Shown here: positions 1-9,512 of the stretch, one piece after another
Numbering within the stretch: position 1 is the first letter of the stretch
Layout: every line of letters begins with the position of its first letter
IMG/VR virus record: IMGVR_UViG_3300031521_000039
Span: 1 to 64,000 of that record
Origin: a virus
Strand: one strand, 5' to 3'
DNA length: 64,000 nucleotides
Notes under the pieces: model-generated
The model's input: the letters and a program-made list of their open reading frames with translations, nothing else
Databases searched by the model: none
What the model was told of the DNA's origin: nothing
Made by a program: the position numbers and the translations under genes

Positions 1-10
1 AAGAGACACA

Positions 11-403
11 ATGAAAGAATTAGAAGGAATTGCAGTGAAAGTACAACAGGATATTAGATTATATTTCTTAGAGAATATTTATAATTATAGTCCAAAAATC
101 TATGAAAGAACTGATATGTTACTTAATTCATGTAAAGTATCACCTGTACAGAATAAAAATGGTGAATTTTATATTGAAATATATATAGACAATAAAACAG
201 TACATGTAAATCCATCTTGGTATGATGAATCAGAAATGGGTGTATCAGTTGGTGACTACATGACATTAGATGAAGTCTCTGAGCATTTTGCAATAGGAAT
301 GGGGAAAAATGCAGTAGGAACAGTTAATGACGAATGGGAAAGTACTGGGAAATTTATAAGTGAAATGATGTCGTTCTTACGTTCTAAATATAATATACTG
401 TAA
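11..403 (+). CDS. hypothetical phage protein (possibly tail-completion/neck region; may be 5'-truncated by the window)
   Basis: 130-aa ORF at the window start, upstream of the tail module; no motif recognised. Confidence 0.55.
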   Translation: MKELEGIAVKVQQDIRLYFLENIYNYSPKIYERTDMLLNSCKVSPVQNKNGEFYIEIYIDNKTVHVNPSWYDESEMGVSVGDYMTLDEVSEHFAIGMGKNAVGTVNDEWESTGKFISEMMSFLRSKYNIL

Positions 404-479
404 TAATAAATTAATTAAATGAAAATAACTTAAATCACAGATTTTAAAAGAAATATTTTCATTTAATTACACAAAGTAG

Positions 480-508
480 TTGACATTTTGTCACGTGACA
501 CATATAAT
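480..508 (+). promoter_or_regulatory. sigma-A promoter of the small RNA in TA-like locus 1, containing a 12-bp palindrome
   Basis: TTGACA(480-485)-17 nt-TATAAT(503-508); perfect palindrome TGTCACGTGACA at 489-500. Confidence 0.8.
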
Positions 509-514
509 AAAGAA

Positions 515-598
515 GTACACAAAAGTTTACAAGTTAAATTTATATAAAAAGTTTCATGTTGGGATAAGGTATTGTGTGTCTAGCGATGCCTTATTTTT
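515..598 (+). ncRNA. putative type I antitoxin small RNA (locus 1)
   Basis: Lies between a consensus promoter and the terminator ATAAGGTATTG-loop-CGATGCCTTAT-TTTT (564-598); no ORF; AGTTTCATGTTG (550-561) is repeated at 822-833 over the peptide start codon. Confidence 0.65.
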
Positions 599-721
599 AT
601 GCAAAAATATAAGAGATACTCTAATTATATCATTTACCACCCTACGTAGTGTCTAGTTACGCTTTTTAAATAATATAATTAGATTCGTCTCCCATTTTTA
701 TCTATACTAGTTTATTGTGTA

Positions 722-829
722 TTAAAATTTATTTAAAACTGTTATAGCAAATTGAATTAATATTGTTACTAATCCAATAATAGCTATAGCCAATTCTTTA
801 TCAAAATGTATATCTCTATTTAGTTTCAT
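722..829 (-). CDS. 35-aa hydrophobic peptide, type I toxin-like (MKLNRDIHFDKELAIAIIGLVTILIQFAITVLNKF)
   Basis: Translated by hand; SD GGGAGG upstream, extended -10 TGTTATAAT promoter, single TM-like segment; paralog at 17991-18092. Confidence 0.7.
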   Translation of the reverse strand: MKLNRDIHFDKELAIAIIGLVTILIQFAITVLNKF

Positions 830-1276
830 GTTGTTTTAATCGCCTCCCTTGATGTCTAGTATTTAGGATGGCAATTATAATTATAACATTAGATGGTATT
901 TGAATACAAGAAAATGTTATAATTTACAAATTTATTGTATTAATATACTTCTTATAAATGAATAATAAACAATTTCAATAAATTAATAGAAATATGTATT
1001 GACTTTTAAATTTGATGGTAGTAATATGTAATTAAGGAAACCAACAAATTAATAGAATAAAGACAATACATAAATTATAAACTATATACTGCAATGATAC
1101 TATTCCTTTGGTATCAAATTTATTAGTGAATACATAAGGAGTAATTTATGACTAAGGGTAGCTCCCTTGGTCGGATTATTCTAACTAATAAAAATATAAA
1201 AGGAAAGTAGTATGATTGGAATATATATGGAAACATATGTATTCACTAATAAACAAATTAAAAGGAGGTTTTCTAT

Positions 1277-2257
1277 ATGGTAGAAAACAAAATTATCAAA
1301 CTATTTACAGGTGAAAAGGTACAAACAAAGGAAAGAGAATATACAAGGATTATGGGTGGATTTGGTGACAATAAACCAATATTTACAATATGGCAAGCTA
1401 GTGAATTATTAGGATTAAAAACTGGTAAAGCAGTAGAAAATTTTAATAATAATTCTAGTAAATTTGAAGAAGAATTAGATTTTATAGACTTAAAATCCGC
1501 TATCCATGGTAAGGACAGCGAAACAAAATCAAGTGTTACCAACGTTTTAAAGGACATAGGATATTCTCAAAATAAATTAAATGCAACTGATAAATGGTTG
1601 GGATTTAGTTTTAGTGGAATTATGAAAATGGTTAAAATTGCAAAGTCAAAAGAATCTTGGAATATTTATGACGAATTTTTAGAAGATTATTTTCAAACAA
1701 AAGCTGAAAATATTGTTATGGAAAAGACATTGCAAGAAAGCAAAGAAACTTTCATAGAAGAACGAAAATACATATTAGGTAGTGTGTTGTTTGAAACTAA
1801 TACAGTCAAGAAAATGGAACTATTGGAGCGAGATAAAGCATTAGAAGAACAAATTAAACAAATAGATATTACTTTAGCAAAAGAACAATTAATGGAACAA
1901 TTACAAGATAGTTTAGCTATAGCAGATAGATTTACTAATAGTAATAAATTATATGATGTGGGTGAATTTAGTAAGATATTAGATATAAAAGGATTTGGAC
2001 GTAACAAATTATTTGAATGGATGAGAGATGGTAAAATATTAAGAGCAAATAATGAACCATATCAAAATCAAGTAGATATGAATCATTTTAAAGTTATTCC
2101 AATAGAAGGAAACAAATTCTGTGATAGTAAGACATTAATTAAATCACAAGGAATTTCATACATAATTAAGAAGTTAATTAAAGACGGGAAAATTGAATCT
2201 AAATCTTATGAAGATATCATAAAGAACATTGATGAGAATTTAAAAGTAGCTAATTAA
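1277..2257 (+). CDS. phage antirepressor (ORF6N-like N-terminus, ANT/KilAC C-terminus)
   Basis: C-terminal GFGRNKLFEWMRDGKIL..N.PYQ typical of KilAC; SD AAAGGAGG. Confidence 0.8.
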   Translation: MVENKIIKLFTGEKVQTKEREYTRIMGGFGDNKPIFTIWQASELLGLKTGKAVENFNNNSSKFEEELDFIDLKSAIHGKDSETKSSVTNVLKDIGYSQNKLNATDKWLGFSFSGIMKMVKIAKSKESWNIYDEFLEDYFQTKAENIVMEKTLQESKETFIEERKYILGSVLFETNTVKKMELLERDKALEEQIKQIDITLAKEQLMEQLQDSLAIADRFTNSNKLYDVGEFSKILDIKGFGRNKLFEWMRDGKILRANNEPYQNQVDMNHFKVIPIEGNKFCDSKTLIKSQGISYIIKKLIKDGKIESKSYEDIIKNIDENLKVAN

Positions 2258-2353
2258 TAAATTAATAGAATAAAAACAAAAGACAAGCTAAATGAAACAA
2301 TATAGATTGGACTGAATTTGATGATTAAAATATGTAAGACTAGAATTGATTTT

Positions 2354-3145
2354 CTAGTCTTTTTGCTTTGGGTTTATAAAATACTCTTTAATATAATAGT
2401 TAGAAACCTTTTCTAAGTCGTGCAGTATTTCAAGACTTAAATCCATAAATCCACCATGTGAATATATATTTCTAAGTTCTACTATAAGAGATAGAAAAGT
2501 TATATCATTATATTGAGATGATACTATATTATAAATTGTACGATAAACATAATTAAATTTTATTGATATGGGCAATTCTAATTTTAAATAATCTTGCATT
2601 TCATCTTTATAAATATCTTCTAAAGATGAATCGTTTGTTAGTATTCCTTTTAATATTATTTTAATATTGTTTTCAATTTCATTTTCATATTCCATTTTCT
2701 CTTGTTGTAATTCTAGTTCTTTTTCTATTTCCTTAGCTATTTTTATTCTGTTTTTTATTTCAATTTCAGTATTTAAAAATTTATCTTTGGTTTTATCTAG
2801 AGTAATTCCACTTATTGTTCCTATGATGCCACCTAAAAAGCCACCAAGTGCTAAACCTGTAACTCCACCTGTTATACTAGCAGAACCAATAATGTTATTG
2901 GACGAATTTTTAGAAGACATTGTTATAGCTTTATTTGGTTTATCCCAAATGATATTATAACCTAATGCTTGAGCAATCTCTATTATTTCATTGTATCTAA
3001 TAGTTCCTCTAGTAAGTTTATTATTAAGACTTGCTACAGTTGTAGCTTCTTCTTTTGGTCGTTTTTCATTTAGAATAGATACTAAATCAGTGAGAGTTAT
3101 ATTTTCTTTTAATAGATATTCTTTTACTTGTTGTTTTATATCCAT
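2354..3145 (-). CDS. HTH regulator-like N-terminus, glycine-rich hydrophobic segment and putative HEPN (RxxxxH) C-terminus
   Basis: N-term SLNNKLTRGTIRYNEIIEIAQALGY (XRE/DUF6471-like); GGVTGLALGGFLGGIIG; C-term LRNIYSHG. Confidence 0.6.
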   Translation of the reverse strand: MDIKQQVKEYLLKENITLTDLVSILNEKRPKEEATTVASLNNKLTRGTIRYNEIIEIAQALGYNIIWDKPNKAITMSSKNSSNNIIGSASITGGVTGLALGGFLGGIIGTISGITLDKTKDKFLNTEIEIKNRIKIAKEIEKELELQQEKMEYENEIENNIKIILKGILTNDSSLEDIYKDEMQDYLKLELPISIKFNYVYRTIYNIVSSQYNDITFLSLIVELRNIYSHGGFMDLSLEILHDLEKVSNYYIKEYFINPKQKD

Positions 3146-3366
3146 TAATATTCACCACCTTTATATATACTATTATACATCAACATATAAAAATATACAA
3201 TAATGTATTGACATTTAAATATAACGATGTATAATTTAGTTATGGTAAACAAAACAAACATTACCAAATATAAAAATAAGGTAATAACTAAAAAGCTACC
3301 ACCTAATCCCTCAACAAGATTAGTATAGCATAGTTATTATTGAAAAATCAAGGAGATGTATTAATT

Positions 3367-3813
3367 ATGTATCAAATAGGATTAAAAAGAGAAGAATATT
3401 ATGAAGGAACTATTCCAGATTTAAGAGACTTATTAATTTCATTCGAAAAATTTTTAACAGAACGAAAAATAGTGGGACAAGGTTCGATTTTAGATTATAA
3501 AGAATTCTTAGTGAAATGGGATAAAGAAAAAGAATTTCAAAAAGATTTGGAATATAGTGATTTGATTACGTTCTTAGAAGAAAACAAATTTGATGATTTA
3601 AATTTGTATAAACAAGAAGATTATTTAAATGAAGAGTATGATAAAGTCACCTGCATTTATGGCGAAGAATTTTTCGATACTATAGGAGTTAAAGAAAAGA
3701 AATTTAGAAATATTTTCATGCAAGGTGAATACATAATAGAGTATCAAGATAGAATGTATATAGATATAGAAATAAATGGTATAAGACAGGCATATATTTT
3801 AGAAATTTCCTAA
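3367..3813 (+). CDS. hypothetical acidic protein
   Basis: ORF with SD AGGAG before ATG 3367; promoter TTGACA..TATAAT at ~3208-3235. Confidence 0.7.
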   Translation: MYQIGLKREEYYEGTIPDLRDLLISFEKFLTERKIVGQGSILDYKEFLVKWDKEKEFQKDLEYSDLITFLEENKFDDLNLYKQEDYLNEEYDKVTCIYGEEFFDTIGVKEKKFRNIFMQGEYIIEYQDRMYIDIEINGIRQAYILEIS

Positions 3814-3968
3814 TTTACTTTTAATTAAAGATGGTTAAGGTTGTTTAAAAATTAAATATTGTATAAATGAATAGATATGGTATAATTAGAGCATGATAAA
3901 AGAAAAGGACGATTACTCGCCCTATGTATCTCAGCCAGATGTCGGCTCTAATTTCAGTATTCGGTTCT

Positions 3969-4148
3969 CTACTTCAGAATACTTGTAATTAGAGTCTTTA
4001 TTATGTCTTGGTTTATACCAATAGCAATTGCTTTAGATATAGAACCTAGTACTATTAAAAATAGTATAACATTCCAAAGGCTTAATCCATTCTTTTTAAC
4101 TGAAACTGGTTTAGTCTCGTAATCGAAATGAATACGTCTCTCTTTCAT
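3969..4148 (-). CDS. 59-aa membrane peptide, type I toxin-like
   Basis: SD GGAGGAGGTG before ATG 4148; hydrophobic LWNVILFLIVLGSISKAIAIGI; downstream terminator GGGCGA-GTAA-TCGTCC-TTTT; convergent promoter. Confidence 0.65.
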   Translation of the reverse strand: MKERRIHFDYETKPVSVKKNGLSLWNVILFLIVLGSISKAIAIGINQDIIKTLITSILK

Positions 4149-4580
4149 AAAAATCACCTCCTCCAAAGTATTTTTCCTTAAAAATAACTTATTATATCTA
4201 AGGAAAAATACTTTGGATTATGGTTATTAGAACTATGAAAGACTACGTGCTTTACTATATTATTGTAGATATTAATCTAATATTTTAGTGTTTAAGTTTG
4301 GATATTGTTCAATTCATTTTTCATAACATTTAATTTTCAACCCTTTATCTATTTTAATACAGTAAACATATTATACCATAAAATTGGAAAAATGTAAAAT
4401 TAGATATTAATTTTTAGGATTGATTATAAATCGCTTGAAAAAGTGTTATAATATAGATATGGAAGGATAGATATTAATAAGTAGTCGACGATTTATTAAT
4501 ATTGAAAGGGTTATCTCCAATTAACCTTTCTTTCTATTTTATAAAATATTGGAGAATAAATTATATTGGAGGAATTTATT

Positions 4581-6188
4581 ATGGAAGAAATAAAAAGACA
4601 ATTAAACGAAGAAGATTACTTAGAATATATAGAACAATGGGAAATTGAAAACAAAGAATTGATTAAGAGTGGTAAATGTAAAAAAACTTTTACAAATAAT
4701 TTACCTAAATTAAAAACAGGAAGACTTAAAGGAACAACAGTTTGGGAAAACACCATAGAAAAATTAGTTTATTTTATTTATGGTAATGTTAAAGATTGGA
4801 TTACAATAATTGGTTATAATAAAGATACAAAAATGCTAACAGTTAAATATAATAATGTAGAATTTGATATATTGCATTGTAATTTTATAGCTTGTAAATT
4901 TGGAAGAAAAATTGGAGAAATTAAATATTCACATGAATTTAAATATAATGTTGGAGATAAAATAGAAGATAGAAGAAAATTATTGATTATAGATATGGAG
5001 AATAGAAAAGATAGAAGATGGTATAAATATCAATGTATTATTTGTAAAAATATAGATTGGATACGAGAAGATGCGTTAATAGAACAAACACAAGGATGTA
5101 ATTCTTGTAGTGGGCATAAAGTTATTTTTGGATTTAATGATATACCAACAACTGCTCCATTTATGGTTAAATACTTTCAATATGGATATGACGAGGCTAA
5201 ATTGTATACATACACAGGAAGTGGAAACCCAAATAATAAGACTGGTTTAATAAAGCCAATTTGCCCCGATTGTAAAAGAATTAGAAATAAATCCATTAGA
5301 ATTTATGATATATATAGAAATAACTCTATTGGGTGTTCATGCTCTGATTCTATATCTTTTCCAGAAAAAACAATGTTTAATATACTAGAACAATTGAAAT
5401 TAGATTTTCAAACACAATTAAATAAATCAAAATTTCAATGGTGTGATAAATATAAATATGATTTTTACTTTGAATATAATAACGAACAATATGTATGTGA
5501 GGTTCATGGGATTCAACATTACGAACAAACTAATAGAAAAAATTCAAGAACTTTAGATGAAGAACAAGAAAATGATAGAGTTAAGAAACAATTAGCTTTA
5601 GCAAATGGAATTAAAGAAGAAAATTATATTGTAGTTGATTGTAGGTATAGTGAATTGGAGTTTATTAAAAATAATAAGGATGGTATTTTAAATAGTAAAT
5701 TAAATGAATTATTTGATTTAAGAATGGTTAATTGGTTAAAATGTGAAGAATTTGCGTTAAGCAACAGATTAAAAGAAGCTTGTGACTTATGGAACAGTGG
5801 AATTCATAGTAGCACTAAAATAGGTACAAGGATGAAAATTCATGGAGCAACTATTATTAGATACTTAAAAACAGGTCGTAAAGTAAACTTTTGTGACTAT
5901 TCAAAAGACATATCTATAAAAGAAGTAATAAACAAAATGGTTTTGTCAACTAGTAAACCAGTAATATGTTCTGATAATGGAATAATATTTAAAAGTATAG
6001 CTAATTGTTCTAGAAAAAGTAAAGAATTGTTTGGTATAAATATATGTGAACAATCAATAGCAAATGTTTGTAATAAAAATTTAAAGCAAATTAGAACAAA
6101 AGGGTTTATGTTTAGGTATATTTCTGACCTTACACAAGAAGAAATTAAACATATTCAAGAAAATGCAAAATTAAATCAAGCGATATAA
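4581..6188 (+). CDS. zinc-ribbon + PD-(D/E)xK/Vsr-like nuclease + NUMOD1-like tail; putative free-standing homing endonuclease
   Basis: CxxC pairs; YKYDFYF..CEVHGIQHY..ENDRVKK nuclease motif; C-term KPVIC..FKSI..IANVC; paralog at 34711. Confidence 0.7.
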   Translation: MEEIKRQLNEEDYLEYIEQWEIENKELIKSGKCKKTFTNNLPKLKTGRLKGTTVWENTIEKLVYFIYGNVKDWITIIGYNKDTKMLTVKYNNVEFDILHCNFIACKFGRKIGEIKYSHEFKYNVGDKIEDRRKLLIIDMENRKDRRWYKYQCIICKNIDWIREDALIEQTQGCNSCSGHKVIFGFNDIPTTAPFMVKYFQYGYDEAKLYTYTGSGNPNNKTGLIKPICPDCKRIRNKSIRIYDIYRNNSIGCSCSDSISFPEKTMFNILEQLKLDFQTQLNKSKFQWCDKYKYDFYFEYNNEQYVCEVHGIQHYEQTNRKNSRTLDEEQENDRVKKQLALANGIKEENYIVVDCRYSELEFIKNNKDGILNSKLNELFDLRMVNWLKCEEFALSNRLKEACDLWNSGIHSSTKIGTRMKIHGATIIRYLKTGRKVNFCDYSKDISIKEVINKMVLSTSKPVICSDNGIIFKSIANCSRKSKELFGINICEQSIANVCNKNLKQIRTKGFMFRYISDLTQEEIKHIQENAKLNQAI

Positions 6189-6247
6189 AATAGTTGGAAT
6201 AATTTACTTATATTTGTTATAATCATCTAATAAGGGGTGGTTATAAC

Positions 6248-6457
6248 ATGGAAAAGAAAGATGTTATGTTTTTTAAAATAATAGCAGGTATTATATGTGT
6301 AGTTATATGTGCAGGTTCTATAATGTATTTAACTAAAAATTATAAAACACATGATCAAATAGTTCAAGAAAAAGCAGATGAATTAAGAGACGAAATGGAT
6401 AGCGTAAATAAAGCTATTGAAAATGGTGATACAAAACAATTTAATAAGAAAAAGTAG
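6248..6457 (+). CDS. small membrane-anchored protein (moron)
   Basis: N-terminal TM segment, SD GGGGTGG, terminator-like hairpin downstream. Confidence 0.7.
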   Translation: MEKKDVMFFKIIAGIICVVICAGSIMYLTKNYKTHDQIVQEKADELRDEMDSVNKAIENGDTKQFNKKK

Positions 6458-6518
6458 TGAGAGATTATTTTTATAGTCTCTTTTTTTGTTATATTAAAAA
6501 ATAAAGGGGAGAATAAAA

Positions 6519-7103
6519 ATGGCTAAATTAAAAGACGACAGTGTAAAAAAGAAAATTAGAGCTATATATAATGAATATCAAATAATCAATCCAGAATTTA
6601 ATCGAGGGATATATAATGAATTATCACAAATAATTAGAGACAATTCTATAATAGTAAACTTAGAAGAAAAGTTATCTGATATTCAAGTAGATAATACTGT
6701 AAAAATATTTAGATTAATGCTTAAAAAATTAACAAATATAGAAGAAGATTGGGATAATATAGATGATATTAATTTAGATGAAATGTTAAATTTTGCAGAT
6801 GGAGATTTTAAAAAAGTAGTAAATACTTTAATGGATATTATGTTAGAAGTAGCACAAGATAACAGATTAAATGATATTAGAAAATTAAATATCTTAAATG
6901 ATAAATTAATTGAATTTAAAGAAAGTATAACTTCAACGGTGAAAATGGAACAAACATTATCTAATCTTGGATTGGATATGGATAAATTAATTAAAATGCA
7001 AAATGGTGATGAAGATATAAAGAAAGAGTTTCAAGAAAACATTATAAAAGAACTAGAAAAAGAAAACAAACCTAAAAGACAATATAATAAAAAGAAAAAG
7101 TAA
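6519..7103 (+). CDS. hypothetical protein, probable tail assembly chaperone (positional)
   Basis: Directly upstream of the TMP gene; SD GGGGAG; helical. Confidence 0.5.
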   Translation: MAKLKDDSVKKKIRAIYNEYQIINPEFNRGIYNELSQIIRDNSIIVNLEEKLSDIQVDNTVKIFRLMLKKLTNIEEDWDNIDDINLDEMLNFADGDFKKVVNTLMDIMLEVAQDNRLNDIRKLNILNDKLIEFKESITSTVKMEQTLSNLGLDMDKLIKMQNGDEDIKKEFQENIIKELEKENKPKRQYNKKKK

Positions 7104-7170
7104 CAGAGAGTAATATTATTTTTATATTGCTCTCTTTTTTATGTGTAAATATGAAAGGAGAGTAATATAA

Positions 7171-9224
7171 ATGGCAGAATATAAAAATAGTATTCGTTTA
7201 GGAATTGCTTTAGAAAATGAAAAAGATGTTAATGGAAGACTACAAACTTTAATAAATACGTTAGAAAAAAATAAAATAAATTTAGATATAAATATTGAAA
7301 ATTCAGATGTTGCTAAACAATTAGAAGCATTGACTAATTTGGCAAATAATTTTAAAAATAGTTTAGGTGGAAAAGTATCATTAGGGAATATTAATGAAAT
7401 AATAAATCAAACCGTTGTACAGGCAGAAAAGTTAAATGGAGAATTACAAAAAGTTTCTAGAACCGATTTAGGAAATGGTCTGTATAAACAAACTGAGTTA
7501 GTAGCAACAGGACTTGGAGAAATTACTAAACAAACTGGAACTGTTCAAAAAATAGGGGATGAATTTAATTATACAGGAAGTGCTGTTCGTACGGCTACAT
7601 CAGATTTAGTCGGATATGATAATGCTTTATTAAAAATAGAAAAAGCACAATCATCGTTATCTAGTTTAAAGTTAGTAGACCAAAATAAAGTTTCGAATTT
7701 ATCAAGCAACTTAAATGCTAATGATATAGGTTCTAATAATGAACTAAAAAATCTATTGAATCAAGTTAAAGAGTTAGAGAATGAAGAAAAGAAGTTACAA
7801 CAAATACAAACCCAAGCATATTCAGAAATGGCTGTTTTGCAAAAAGAAGAATACTCACTTAAACAAAATCTAATTACCGCTGATGGTACTTATAAAAGTG
7901 AATTAGAATCTAGACTTGTGACAGTTAATCAATTAAAATCCGCACAACAACAAAATATACAGGATAATAATTTAACCAATCAGCAAAAAGAACTTGAGTT
8001 AACAAATCAACAAGTTAAATTACAAGAACAACTAAATCAAGCTAGAGCTAAACAGACAGATGTAAGTAATTCTAATGATTTAAAAACTCTTCAACAAGAA
8101 CAAGAATTATTACAAAAACAAGAACAAGCATATCAACAAATTAATGTATTGAAAGCTAATGGTGTTATTAATACATCTGAAATAAGCAAGCTTCAAGAAT
8201 TAGTACGAAGTGCATCATCAATAAAAGAAATAAATAGTGCATTAAGTTCTATAGGCACATCTACAAGTAGAGAAAGTTCTATTAGCACATTAACTAAGCA
8301 AATACAAGAAGCACAAGTAAAATTGGAGCAAATGAAATCTACGTTTGGCTCGAAATTACCTAGTGGTTTTATTTCGTCTACAGAAGCTGAATTAAATAAA
8401 CTATTAGCAGATTTAAAACAAGTAGATGGTACTAATTTTACAGGAATAAAGAATAGTTTAAATTCTGTAAATTCTAGTATGAAGCAAACAACAAGTGAAA
8501 CTCAACAATTAGTTAGTTCATTAAACCAAGCTGGTGGAAGTTCATTTTTTAGTAGTATGAGTAATTTTTTAGGAAAAATCGGAGTGTTTTATGGAGTTCA
8601 ACAAGTAGTTCAAGAAATAACAAGTCAGCTTAAAAGTGCTGGTGAATATACTTTAGTAATGGATAAGGCATTCACAAATATGCAAATGATAACAGGAAAG
8701 TCAAAATCTGAAATCGGTAGTTTAGTAAATGATTATAAACAACTAGGAGAACAATTACATACTACAAATGTAGAGATGATGGGTGGGATGGAAGAAATCA
8801 CAAGAGCAGGTATTCAAGGAGATGAAGGAAAATCACTTATGTCTTCTGCAATTATCGGTTCTAAAATTTCTGGACAAACCACTGAACAAACAACGCAACA
8901 ATTAATTGCTATTAAAAATGCTTTTGATATGACTGGTCAAAGTATGCAAAATGTTGTTGATATGATAAGTAAGATGGATAACGTGAGTGCATCGAGTTTT
9001 GCAGAAATTTCTACAGCTATACAAAGAACAGCATTCAGTGCTCAGGAGGCAGGAACTCCATTATCTAACTTAATCGCATATATTACGACTGTATCCGAGA
9101 AAACGCGTAAATCAGCTTCAACTATAGGCGAGAGTTTTAAAACAATCTACTCAAGATATAGTAATATCAAACTTGGGAACTTAGATGATGATGGGAAAAA
9201 TATTAATGATACCGAACTTGCCAT
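7171..9224 (+). CDS. tail tape measure protein, exon 1
   Basis: Coiled-coil N-terminus and TP901-type TMP core (IDKMDNVSASS..EKTRKSASTIGESFKTIYSRY); splicing joins GCC AT to G AAT AGA. Confidence 0.9.
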
Positions 9225-9512
9225 AAACTACAACTTGTGGCTTAATGGAGTAATCCATTTCGAATAACTCGCTTAATACGGGGAAGGCTAAATCTTTAAA
9301 AAGACATGCTAACCTACCGTGCTAAATTATTCTATATAAATAAATTATAGAATATAAAAGCCTAACGACTATTCCTTCGGGAAGTACGCATAAGTATGCG
9401 GAAATGGTGAGTCTCCTATTTAGGAGAGTGATATAGTCTAATCTTATGGGAAATCATAAGCAGTTCATTAGAGAACGGTATAGGAGTTAACGAACCTATA
9501 TGAATATAAATG
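9225..9512 (+). ncRNA. group I self-splicing intron (IA-like, no ORF) in the tape measure gene
   Basis: P1 GCCAT/GTGGC with U-G at the 5' splice site; P3 ACTCGC(9267)/GTGAGT(9407); P7 GACTA(9367)/TAGTC(9434); P7.1/7.2 stems; terminal G 9512; removal restores DTELAMNRIGIAIR in frame. Confidence 0.92.
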
